NCBI GenBank assembly: GCA_002633005.1
Contig: NMRA01000218.1
Span: 391,113 to 455,112, forward strand
Length of the DNA stretch: 64,000 nucleotides
Direction of reading: 5' to 3'
DNA from: Phoronis australis
Lineage: Eukaryota; Animalia; Phoronida
Each line of letters opens with the position of its first letter. Positions within the stretch are counted from its first letter, which is position 1. Shown piece after piece: positions 53,701-64,000 of the stretch. The position numbers were made by a program, and so were the translations under genes. The notes beneath the pieces were generated by a model that saw only the letters and a list, made by a program, of their open reading frames with translations, was not told where the DNA came from and searched no databases.

Positions 53701-55861
53701 AACTCATTCTGGTTTGTATTTCCACTTGAGTCTATCTGCTTCATATTCAAAATCTTATTTCACGTAGTGCGTAGTTAAATATGTACTCAATACTTGTTTC
53801 TTCCAGTGAGTACTACAAAACGGTGCGAAAACCCTTCCTAGACATCCTCTCGCAGCAGTTGACCACCAGATGTGTGAACTACACGTATGAGCATCCACTG
53901 GGGATTAAAAAGTGTCTAGAGAGTTATTCAATTTTTTTTGCAAAGTACGCTTTAGGTCTCGCGACGGACCAGGCCAGCTTAATTTATGTAGATATCGAGT
54001 TTCAGTGATCTACTGGTCCCTCGGCGAACTAGTTTTGTGATGTTTTTCACCAAAGTGTGCTTTGTAAAACTATCTCAGCCAGTACTGTTTGGTCCCGCGA
54101 CAGATCGACTACTTTAATAGGGATAATAAGCACAGGTGTACTTTTGGTCTCGTGACGGACCAGGCCAGAGTTTTTGTGTACTCTCAGTGCATATCTGGTC
54201 CCTCTGCGAACTGCTCTTGTACATGTATATCTTTTCACCACGGTGTAGGCCTACAGAGTGTTTTGGTTTCGCGAAACTGTTTTCAGATGATTTGTTTCCT
54301 GATACATTGACGTTTTTCAATTGTAGTCAACGTGACTCAGCTTAATAAAGTGATACTTAATTGTCTTTGTCGCTTTTAATAATAGACTATGAGCTGAGAG
54401 CACCATCGTTCGCCAGTTTTTCTCGTAACGAGACAGAACACAAGTTTATTTCCGGACTGACAGTACAGGTCTTCGTTCTTAAACAACTCGATGCTGCTGT
54501 TACGCGATCATCTGATATTCAAGTTTTTACGCCCTGTCGGTGCTCCTTATGCTCTTGAATATTTGAAAGTTGTCTAAACCCCTGTGTACACACCACACTT
54601 TTTCGTATGCTAAAAAGGTGCGTGTAAACAGATGTTCTAATTAGAATTTTTGCTGGTGGTGTGACTCATACCCAAATGTGTGCACAAATATGATTTCACG
54701 AAACTTATGAGCCAAGTTCATGTGACGAAATCGAGAAGTGTTTTTAATTATCTTAAGAAAAACTCCAGGGACATGTTAAGTACGATAAACGTACCAGGAT
54801 GCATGGAAATTTCACTGTTCGGCTACAAAAACAAAAAGTTGTCTTACACGGGAGGGGGTTTGCCCCCTCCCGACCTCCCCCCCGCTCGGCGCCACGCGCC
54901 TCGGATTCGACCTTTGCGGGAATCCTAACCCCCCCCCCCTTACTGAAAAGGTAGATCCGCCACTGCAGTGGGATTGAAAGGGTCAAGAATACAAGAGAGA
55001 ATAAAGTTTCTGCGCCCATCTGCAGGGCTTTTTATGTGAAATAAGTGAAAACATGTTATTCTTTGCAACCTGTTTTTGACAGAGTGAAGAAAAGGTGACA
55101 AATCAAGTGATGTGGGTTTTGCTGGGCAAAACCCAGTGAGAACTGTTCTTTGCCTCCTTAATTAGAATTGCAAGACTGCGAAATTACGCGAGATACCGCC
55201 GTGTATTTTAAATGATTTTGGCTCACCTAAATTTTCTCGGAGCGAGATGTAAATTGAACTCTACTCAGTAAATTCTTTATTGATTTAATCCTGGTCGACA
55301 AAGTTTGGTGCCATAGATACATGGCCAGGCTTAAGTCTTAATTAAATCTGGTTTTATTAAACCACTTTGATAAAATCAACTGCCTGGTAGAGTCGTGGAG
55401 TATCACCTACTGCAACCAATTAATCTTTTAATTTAGAAATGTTGACAAATTTGCTTCCACAATGTAAAATGTGCATGTAAAATCAATGTAATACATGTAA
55501 CTTACCTGACCGTTTCACCGTAATCGTGCATTAGTTCTGGAAGCTGAGAAAAGATTTGCTTTTCGGCGTGGGAAGTTGGGTTAAATTGTCGAATTCGAGC
55601 CCAATAATTCATGGTCGGTTTAGGATGGAGCATGGAGAACATCAAGTCCATGTCGTAACAAGGATTTATTTTATTATAGTTGCCTGCACCTGCCTTGTTT
55701 AGCGTCAAGACAGCAAACTGCTTGTCCCGGTTTTCTTTGTAGGTGAAAAAGTGACCCAGTCCATTGAGATACTCTTCGTCGAATGTACTCAAGTCAATGT
55801 ATCCTTTAACCTCAACTAGGGTGCCGAGAATAACAAGAGCGAAAATAGCACGGGTAAGCAT
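50523..55861 (-). CDS. Secreted AID/APOBEC-like zinc-dependent cytidine deaminase (SNAD-like), 199 aa, 2 coding exons: join(55506..55861, 50523..50766)
   Basis: Exon A: hydrophobic leader MLTRAIFALVILGTLVEVKG, then QFAVL, NYWAR and SHAEKQ; donor AG|gtaag at 55506/55505. Exon B: acceptor ttttcag| at 50767; phase-2 join gives AGA then KVHLFTKLSPCKSC...IYVGYWKVYY...TIYC*. HxE + SPCxxC is the deaminase zinc-binding signature. AATAAA at 50447..50442. Confidence 0.88.
51650..51875 (-). mobile_element. Penelope-like element 3' fragment (GIY-YIG tail + hammerhead-like motif)
   Basis: KIREALDI (51874..51851) followed by CTGAGGA...ggtgtt-loop-gacacc-GAAAcatgtc (51700..51658). Confidence 0.65.
53330..53875 (+). 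pseudogene. hAT transposase relic with a GT-AG intron (53568..53806)
   Basis: In-frame stop; the PRxxxxQxxRxNxP..EYY...PFLD motif is restored only by removing the intron. Confidence 0.7.
53950..54275. repeat. ~190-bp duplicated unit inside the hAT element
   Basis: ggtctcg(c/t)gacggaccaggccag...ctggtccctc..cgaact...ttttcacca near 53955 and 54145. Confidence 0.7.
55506..55861 (-). CDS. Deaminase coding exon 1 (signal peptide + HAE motif)
   Basis: ORF 55502..55861; acceptor tttgtttcag|G-ATG immediately upstream implies an unlocated 5' UTR exon; gtaag donor at 55505. Confidence 0.88.
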
Positions 55862-57059
55862 CCTGAAACAAATAAAGACGGGACATCAACTGTCGATGTA
55901 CCGACAAAATGTTCACAGCAGAAAAAAAATATCGTGTACCAACAAGTAAGCTAAATGCGTACATGTATTTATTGAAAAGCCTGCCACGGTACGCCGACCA
56001 ACAGCAGTGCACATTATTTGAAGTGATCTTCAAAATACGAGTTCATTAAGCAAGGATATCAATCAAGACGACTGAATGATACCCTCTGACACAGCGCCAC
56101 CTAAACTGAAAAGTGGCCCTGTGGAGACATGATGAACTACACACGATTTCCGTGTCTGGGCATCAATGCGCATGCTTGGTCAGAAGTTTACCTTTTACAA
56201 CGCCACCACGAGCACACACCTTCTATGCACTGAGCTAATTTGGGCTTAAGCCACTGGATCAGGGTTTCCTTGGTTTTGTTTAATTCGTTTTAATAAATTA
56301 CAGTTACATGTACAGTCAAATGTGGTCGTCATACTACGTAACAGGAAACTGAAAGGGTTTATCCAGATTTCAACCAATGGGAATGACTGGATCTTGGGAC
56401 ACCGGTTTCATTACTAAGTTAACCAAGCCATGTTAAACAGCATTTCATAGTGCTACCTTTTGCAGCCCTGTGAAATTATGTAAGTTAGTAAAGAACAACC
56501 ATGCTACATTACTAGACCCGCATCACTAAAACCCCACGAGACCATCGTGTGAATTGAGGAGGGGTTGTTAACTCCCCGGGTATATGGGCAGTCCAGTGTT
56601 CTACGCCGCATTGAAGCCACAGACATTGCGATGCATATCTCAGAAGGTAGCATCTGCATTATCCCACCACGTTTATTGCTTCGAATGCTGGGAAGAAAGT
56701 TCGACAAACTCTTCACGATTGGCGATTTTTGTTCTTTAAAACTTCAAGTTATCAGGCAGAATGTCGACTTACTTCTAGAACTCACTGTCACTGCGTTGCT
56801 TTTTGAAATCTATAGGCCCTGCATGTATATATCTGCAGGTATTATTGAGGTAGCTGAACGTTAACACCGTGGAGAACGCATTGTCGGGTGTAAGGGTTCA
56901 TGAAATGTTGCTATAGCAACGGGATTGCTCATGAGAGCGAAATCTCAAGAGTGCATGGCCTCGATTGAGCTTATCGCACTGCAATCACTGTGACATATGT
57001 AACCCGAAACGAAAAAAAGCTTTTAGCTAAGACTAATTTATGCATTGACGTGCATAGAA

Positions 57060-57900
57060 ATGAACCCCGGTGTAAAACAGATACCGCGGAGTCGAAAACA
57101 GACTACCGCACATTTAAAACAGATAACCAGCCCAAAACACGAACTCCGACCCTTAAAACAGGAACCCAGGGATCGTAAAGAGACGCACAGGGACCAGGCG
57201 AAATACCCCTCCTGCACTTTCTGCCAAACATTTTTGATTAAAAATAAATCTTTCTATTTTAAAAAGCTGTTTGGATATCAGAACTCTAGAAAAATTGGCG
57301 ATCTACGTTATTCTGCTGCTAAAATTGTTGTGCTATCGTTTGCATCTGCTTTCGGTGCCATTCGGAATATTGCGTCACCTATTGGCTAGTTTCTGTTTCC
57401 TTAATTCTTCAATCAAGTGTTCTTCTTCCACGAAGGTGCGTACGGAGTACATGTCACCAACAGCTTATCAACAATGGCACCAGGAAGTCGAAATAACATT
57501 CTTAGTGATCAATTTTGAAAATATATTTGGAGACACTATTGAATAATCTGAAATCAAATAAATGTTCACCGAAGTAACAACGCCGGTGACGAGAATATTA
57601 TCGATCGTGTTGAAAATCGACCACAGACAAGTTGCTTAAGTTTTGCAAATAAAAATTAAATATTAAGGCCAATGTATATAAGTTACGTTTTACTATTGAA
57701 ACTTTAAAAAAAAAAAACAACTGGCAAGTACTTGGGAATGCTTTAACTCAAAGTTTGAGGCTACAGATAACGGTCTCATTCAAATTTTCCGGATCCCTGT
57801 CCCATCCCCTGGGATTCCTGTTTTAAAAGTCACAGTTCGTGTTCTTCGGGCTGGTTAGCTTCGACTCCCGAATATCTGTTTTACATCCGGGTTCCAGTTT
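57060..57900. mobile_element. Non-autonomous element with long (~110-130 bp) imperfect inverted repeats
   Basis: 57061..57175 (tgtaaaacagata..gagtcgaa..taaccagccc..aacacgaact..ttaaaacagga) matches the reverse complement of 57810..57896. Confidence 0.65.
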
Positions 57901-59311
57901 CGACTTTTCTCGAAGAGTGTGAGGAATGACTGTTTCATGAAAATATGCTAAGACTAAAATTCTAGTGAAAGTCNTTTTCCATACCCCGCCGTTTACCTTA
58001 AACACCGGGGTTAGAACCAATTTTATTTAGTGGGAATGTTCATAGCATGTGTCGAATTCATTGTAATCGAACCGGATGATCACATTCGGCAAACAGGACC
58101 TTAAGTAGTGATTTATGTACGACATCAGTTCATTAGACAACAACAGAACCTGTTGTCTTTCTGGTAACTGCTGTATCTACTTGTATCCTAGATTCGGATA
58201 TTATGGCACGGACCTGGCAATCGGTGTACTGTATTCATTTACTATAGTGCCAAGTACAATTAATTCAAACAGTTATGGGTATAAGATTTGTAAGAAAGAT
58301 TGGTACCCAGCCCAGTTGGGCTTTTTAGTCACTATTACTACAAAACTATGCCTTAGGACTTTGTGTTGAACGCTTAGCACGAGAACAGGAAAGTTAAGAA
58401 CAGAGCCTCGATGATGACACAGTGAACATGTATGTTGAGACATCTTTTCCTAACAGTAGAGTTATCGGGCAGAAAAGATTCATTTAAACGACGGGTATGG
58501 ATAGCGAATTTAATTTTTATCTTGCAAATTTTGTGGTGGTACAAAATTGTTATTTACCTTTCCCCCATAGTTGCCTGAATTGTTTCGAATATTCTGAATA
58601 GCACTCAAAATATTTAGAATGGCCCCAGTTGAGTACTTACATCATAGATATTAGTAAAGAGATTCGCGACTCCGTGAAGTCTCGCGGCCTAACGCAAAAG
58701 TACGTGAGCAGGATTAAAAACTTCCGGTCTCATGGCTAAGCATAGTAACGAAGGTGAACTTTGGTTTTTATTTCACGCACGTCAAGCAAATTTTTGAGTT
58801 TGAAATTAATTTGTTGTGTTTAATGCAAACTAAATCGCGTATGTGAGCCATTCAAGTCGGATTATTGGTACGAAACGTGTCGGAATTAACTTGACAAGTT
58901 GTTGATCGGCCCGCTTGCTGGCACAGTTCAAGTTCAACACACGAATCGAGGAGTTTGGCCCAATGAAAAAAAAGGTTGAGCTAAATGGATAATTCTTTTC
59001 ACCAGTTGAATTCTCAGTCATTTACGATGAAATTTAGTTTGCATTTAGTGGTTTTGTATGAATTTTGGACCGACCTTTATGCAGTTTGTCATTCGTCACT
59101 ATGTTTACAATACAGCTGGTTTACCAATATATCCAAAATTCAGCAAGAGCGAAATTTTGCCATTTTTCATGATTTTCAGAAGCTCATATTTATTATAAGC
59201 ATGATGAAAAGTGGTGGAAAATGTAAAGTATGCCATCGAAATATTTAAACTTTCTTCTTTATTTGATATCCGTTTCAACAAATGGGGGCATTCATGAATG
59301 TTGTCGTAATA

Positions 59312-59392
59312 GCCGAGATTGCCCGACCTCGGGAATCGAACCAGCGACCCCGATTTAACCGGTGAGCGTGCTAACCATTCAGCTAATAGGCA
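59312..59392 (-). repeat. tRNA-derived SINE-like head
   Basis: tagctgaatgg (box A) and ggttcgattcc (box B) at tRNA spacing, poor acceptor stem. Confidence 0.6.
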
Positions 59393-59550
59393 ATTGCCCG
59401 TTAGCAAGTGGCTAACATAGGCTCATATGTGATTCACCGGAAGCGCTTTCACAATGTTTTGAAAATCGAAGTACTGCAGCACTTGAGAAGAGGATAAATT
59501 TTCAGTTGCTAAATGGCCGTTACTGAACCGATTTTAATGATATGTATATC

Positions 59551-59707
59551 CAGGGGCGGATCCTGGATTTTGTGTTAGGGGGACCAGAGCAGAGTATTAG
59601 CCAGGATTCTGTCATTCAGACATTGGCACTCCCGATCTGCCAAATGGAATCTTGGGGAATTTTAGGGGGGTGTAGCCCTCTTGGCCCCCCCTCTAAATCT
59701 GCTATTG
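59551..59707 (-). mobile_element. hAT-type MITE, same family as 25456..25614 in reverse orientation
   Basis: Shared internal sequence (gcagagtattagccagga); flanks atatc/atgtc (5-bp TSD, 1 mismatch). Confidence 0.78.
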
Positions 59708-62120
59708 ATGTCAAACTGCTAAAAACATCTGCCTTAAGTGTACACTTTTATTGTTTTTTTTTGATAAAAGTATGGGAAAATGTAGTTTTTTAAATTTAAT
59801 GCCTTTTCAATTTCTAACCTGGAAAAATCCTGCAAGTGTACTCTTCCAAAAAAGGTAAATTCTGTCATTTTCAAGAACCATGCAGACCTTTCCAGGGTTA
59901 AAACTGAACTCAAATTTGATTGGTCAAATGGATTAAACAGAACCAGTCAAAACTTCCCTAACTTACATAAAGTGACCCAAATTGGTGAAATATTTTCATT
60001 ATAACAGTACAGAATATTTTTAAAATTCAATTTAACTTCAGTTTTGGGGATAGATTCAGTCTACTTTCTTCAAAAATAATTTTGTTACATGTTTTCTACC
60101 TTGTGGTGCTGTGATCAGTTTCATTATTTTGCATTAAAATAATTGTTTATTCAAGGCTGCAGTACATCAAAACCATTTAGAATACGAGTGTGCTCTTTTT
60201 GGATGGTCACTAACACAGCGCCTCTCAATTCTTGTATTATTTGACAGGAATGAAATTGATTTAAATTTCATTGAAATTTTATTGTCCAATTTAATTTTGT
60301 TTAATTAAAAATGCACATGATCATTTTTATCATGTGGTGCGTAACTTAAGATTGTGAAAACATTGATCTCACTTGGGGAAAAAATGAATAATTCATATAA
60401 CCTCAAAGATTTTTGAATAAATGACGAAACTCTGAAAAAATAGGTTTCTGGTTTTTGAAATCATTTGTTTCACCAATTTCCTTTTTAGAATTGTTTTGAA
60501 ATATTTTGGAACAAAAGAAATACTTTCACCGAACCATGGTAATTCTTGAAGTGTTTTGTCGTTTTAAAAGTGGTTTGGTGACGATATGTTGTTAACCTAC
60601 ATGTAAAGGACTGTATCTTGTTTTAGCAACACAGTAAGCTATGGATTACCAAATATAGTTGTCTAAACTTGATATTTTTATGGCCTGAAATCTTTGGGTG
60701 CTATTTGCTGAAAAAAAGGCTATTTTTGTGGCTGCAAAAATTAAAAAACTCGAAAATATATTTCAAAAATATATATAAATGGCTAAAGCTACCATTTGAG
60801 ATTATTGAAGTGTTTCTGATGAAATTTGTATTTTGCTTTGCTCTGACAGTTCTATTTTGTAAAACATAGTATGCAGAGGGTGTTTTTGTATTCGTTCTCA
60901 GAAATGTATGCAACACTTTAAGTAATGTTATGTTTTTTTCCTGTTTGTTGTTGTAAAAATCTCATTGCATATTCGTGTTGCCATTTTTCACTTACCAATT
61001 GTAAAGTAATGCAGGGGAATCCCATACCCCTGTTACTTACTCATTGGAACTGGGAAAATAAAAAAATGAAAAATGTCTATTTTGTGTGTTCTGTGCTATC
61101 TGATAACCACTAAAAATAAGGTTGACAGAACACCTTTCATAACCCGAGTCTTTACCTCTCATGTTCTCTATACTATTTCAAATTTTGTGGTATTTTGTTT
61201 CAGTTGGTGGTTTCATTTCATGTTATAACTTTTTTCTTCTGCAGGCAAAAATATAACACATAAAACTGAATTCCCTTCACTGGATATAAAGTGCAAAAAC
61301 TTAATTCATAAAAAATATACTATGCAAGTTTCCTTTCGAACATTGAATATCTGTTGGGGTCACAAAACCCTAAAGAAAATTACAGTGCCAACTGGTCCTT
61401 CCAAATTTTGACGTGTTCAATTCAATCGCTGCATGGTTATCTCCACTACTCAATAGTGGCACTGATTCTGTTGTGGCAATTAAACATTCACCCTCAGTGC
61501 GATACTGAAAATTAGCTCAGTTTTTTGTTAAAAAGCCATAGAAGGGTCCTGGGGGAAAAGTTCACTTTCACAAAATCACGTTCCAGATACAACTCTTCAT
61601 TCCATAATACTTTATAGATATTCTATGTATTTGTAACATTTAGAGGGTGTTCAGAAGCTGAAAGAGAGGAATAGACATTAGGTCTTAATGAGCATGCACA
61701 CCTTCATAATCATAAGTATCACTTGCCAAGAAACTGGAGAATATGTCAACTCAGTTGACATGGAGAGTATGATGTGCTGCTATTGAAAATATTGAGTCCT
61801 TTTTGATTACATTCACGAAGCCCATTTTGAATGAGCAGCAAACAGGGTCATGCTGCACTTGTTAACGCGACATTCTTGTTACCCCCTCCATTTGTCAGTT
61901 TTTGCAGTATTTCACACCTGCTGTGTACCATTGCATATTTGATTAGCTTTTACTTTGTAGTGGTATTACTGAGTCATTTTATTTCCACTTGATGAAACAA
62001 GTATTTTCGAAAATTCGTTTGTCGTCTCTTGGTCAGTTTCTTTACCAATGTTCTGACGATACGAACGGAATGGAATAAAGGTTGTTAACAGCAACAAGTG
62101 TAATGTATCGAACCAATTTT

Positions 62121-62280
62121 GCATCGTCGTGGTTATTGTTACAGCGAGACAACAGGTGGCACTCCAAGTGATGACCGAAGCCTGATCAACTTCGGGGACC
62201 CGGCATCCGAGATGATTCTAGATTAGGGGTCGAAATTATCGATGAGGATGCATTCTAGCCGATGACGGCACTTGGAGAAA
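62121..62280 (+). mobile_element. HERO 3' terminus (last codons + 3' UTR) in opposite orientation
   Basis: ASSWLLLQRDNRWHSK* (62121..62171) resembles the HERO C-terminus; first 25 nt are an inverted match to 62783..62810; right boundary approximate. Confidence 0.65.
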
Positions 62281-62782
62281 CAGTGCACAACAACAGTGTT
62301 TCAGGTAATTCCGTAGTCGAAAACTCCTCAGCATACTTGAGGATGCTGTCCGTGATGATTAGAATCTAAAATCAAGAAACAATATTTTGTGGTTTTGCTG
62401 AAACAATTGGTAAGGAACAGAAATTAAAACTCTAGTGTGACTGCAATGCAACTTAATGACAGAACTGTTAAATGTACCACATACCACTGACGTTATTACT
62501 TAACGTGTGCCGATAACGTGTACCTACCTTGCTAATCAAATTAATTTCCAGGTAACTAACCGTTTTAACTTTCAGCGCAAGTTTGCAGCTTTGCTTTTAT
62601 CCAACCATGCATGTAAGTAAACAATTGACTATTTTTAGAATTTGTCTTTGGCATTTGCACACACCACATCATTCATAACCATATCTCCATGGTATGGGTT
62701 TATTCCCGTTGTGTTGCACATCATAGATAGGTAGATGTCCTACTACGATATGTACTCCAACCGAGTGATTGTCAAAAATAGT

Positions 62783-64000
62783 GCTGTAACGATAACCACC
62801 ACGGCGACGCCTCTTCAGCAGATCTCATCACTGACTGCATCAAATTCTTCCTTGACACTGTGCTGATACTTAGGAACATCATCGACCTCCACATGCTGCT
62901 CCCGATGAAACCTCTGCATCCTACTTCGACTGGCATACAAAAACACTTTCGGTGTTGCTGACTTCCTTCCTTCTTTCTAGATCCAAAATATGCGCAATCA
63001 CCTTGAGAATCTTGTCATGTCTTCACTGTATTTGCCTTCTGCCAAAGCCGACTTACAGGATGACAAAACGTGCTGTAAAGTGCAGCGCTCCCCACAACTG
63101 CTGCAAGAATCGTCTTTCCCCATAACTTCAGGTTTGTCGGACTAGGGAGTACGTCATACACAGAACGCAGGATAAAACTTAATCTGTACTGGTCACATGA
63201 AATCAGGTCGTTTGCTATAATGCTGTCCAGGCGCCCTGCTTTCTCAAACCAACAGCATGAGAATAGCGCTTCTCCTCTTCCTGATGACGTACTTAGTCTA
63301 ACACCATAGAATGACGCTCTTGCCCTCTAGTTGTTTTCCACCAGTCTTAAACGGTTTCATGCCAAAGCCTTCACGTTCTCTAGAAACTGCCCCTACTAAA
63401 TTTTTATGGTGAAGCCTGCTCTCTGCTGATCCTACTTCCTCCTCTGGACTCCACTTCCTTCCCGCAAAAACGTCAATCTTTACATCACTGATATCATCAT
63501 CTTTCGAGTCCCTCAGAGTCAGGAAAGTCCTGCACTTAACGACTTAAAACTCTTCCACAATTATAGATCGTGTAGGTAGGTTTACTGCTGAAGACCTCAT
63601 GTACAGGCCCAACCTGGTGAAACTTGGCGGTATGCCTAACCACTTATTGCGCAACCAGCGGCTAACCAAGCGCTCCATCCTCTCCACTGCTGTAATAGGT
63701 AGATCGTACACTGTCAAAGGCCACATGGCCTTTGGGAATAGACCAAACTGGTAACACCACACCTTAAAGCGGCCAGGTAGTCCACACTTATCGATCTTCT
63801 GAAGATTTTCCTGTAAACTTTTTAGCGCTGCTTTTACATGGTCTCCATCCTTCAATGTGCTGTCATACTCTTTCCCCAGGTACTTCACTGACTTGTCAGA
63901 CACCGAAGGTATCACATCTTCATCCACCTTAAAAGCGAAATGTGGGTTAATCTTCCCTCGAACCAACACTAAACTCCTTGATTTTGCTACTTTGAACGCC
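62783..64000 (-). mobile_element. HERO-clade (RLE-type) non-LTR retrotransposon, degenerate, runs off the window
   Basis: RT end/thumb VKYLG...GLPGRFKVWCYQFGLFP..WPL...WLG; GRKW; CCHC knuckle CSSCGERCTLQHVLSSC; RHD; PVEVGCRGF; AEEAS; frameshifts and stops. Confidence 0.85.

Larger units (their letters stand above)
52380..54965 (+). mobile_element. Defective hAT DNA transposon (2586 bp), perfect 15-bp TIRs, 5-bp TSD
   Basis: CAGTGGCGGATCTAC (52380) / GTAGATCCGCCACTG (54951..54965); TSD cagtg at 52375..79 and 54966..70; degenerate transposase LGYLRGLSA..DNVEAY...PRQSRQQKDRTNVPGETP|SEYYKTVRKPFLDILSQQLTTR (PRKRIR/ZMYM1-like hAT segment). Confidence 0.85.

Noticed and set aside
53329-53750. Minus-strand ORFs as a middle exon of the deaminase
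   Set aside because: They are the antisense of the hAT transposase relic; the deaminase is complete and in phase without them
59312-59392. Functional tRNA gene
   Set aside because: Box A/B present but acceptor and anticodon stems do not pair convincingly; treated as SINE-like (tRNAscan-SE would decide)
62121-64000. Twin-priming 5' inversion of the HERO element
   Set aside because: The inverted part lies downstream of the 3' tail and is separated by ~500 bp of unrelated DNA

Overview
AT-rich, intron-containing eukaryotic genomic DNA, most consistent with a marine invertebrate (inferred from the TE families; not prokaryotic). Two host genes can be reconstructed by hand on the minus strand. 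(1) An 11-coding-exon, ~750-aa transcription factor with an AT-hook, 8 C2H2 zinc fingers and an unnamed C-terminal helical domain (CDS 44824->26522), including one GC-AG intron. (2) The most notable feature: a two-coding-exon, 199-aa secreted AID/APOBEC-like zinc deaminase (SNAD-like; signal peptide + HAE ... SPCxxC) at 55861->50523. Its active site is split by a 4.7-kb TE-filled intron, so it is invisible in the ORF track. The rest is transposon debris: a hAT element with 15-bp TIRs, an unusual 5-bp TSD and related MITEs; a 5'-truncated LINE carrying an intact RNase H frame with a 12-bp TSD; three THAP-transposase relics; a rearranged HERO-type retrotransposon; a Penelope fragment with a hammerhead-like motif; an XPG-like (AcademX-type) relic; Harbinger-like MITEs; tRNA-derived repeats; tandem repeats; and strongly over-represented TACATGTA motifs that look like excision footprints. 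All calls are from manual reading and translation; no database search was run.
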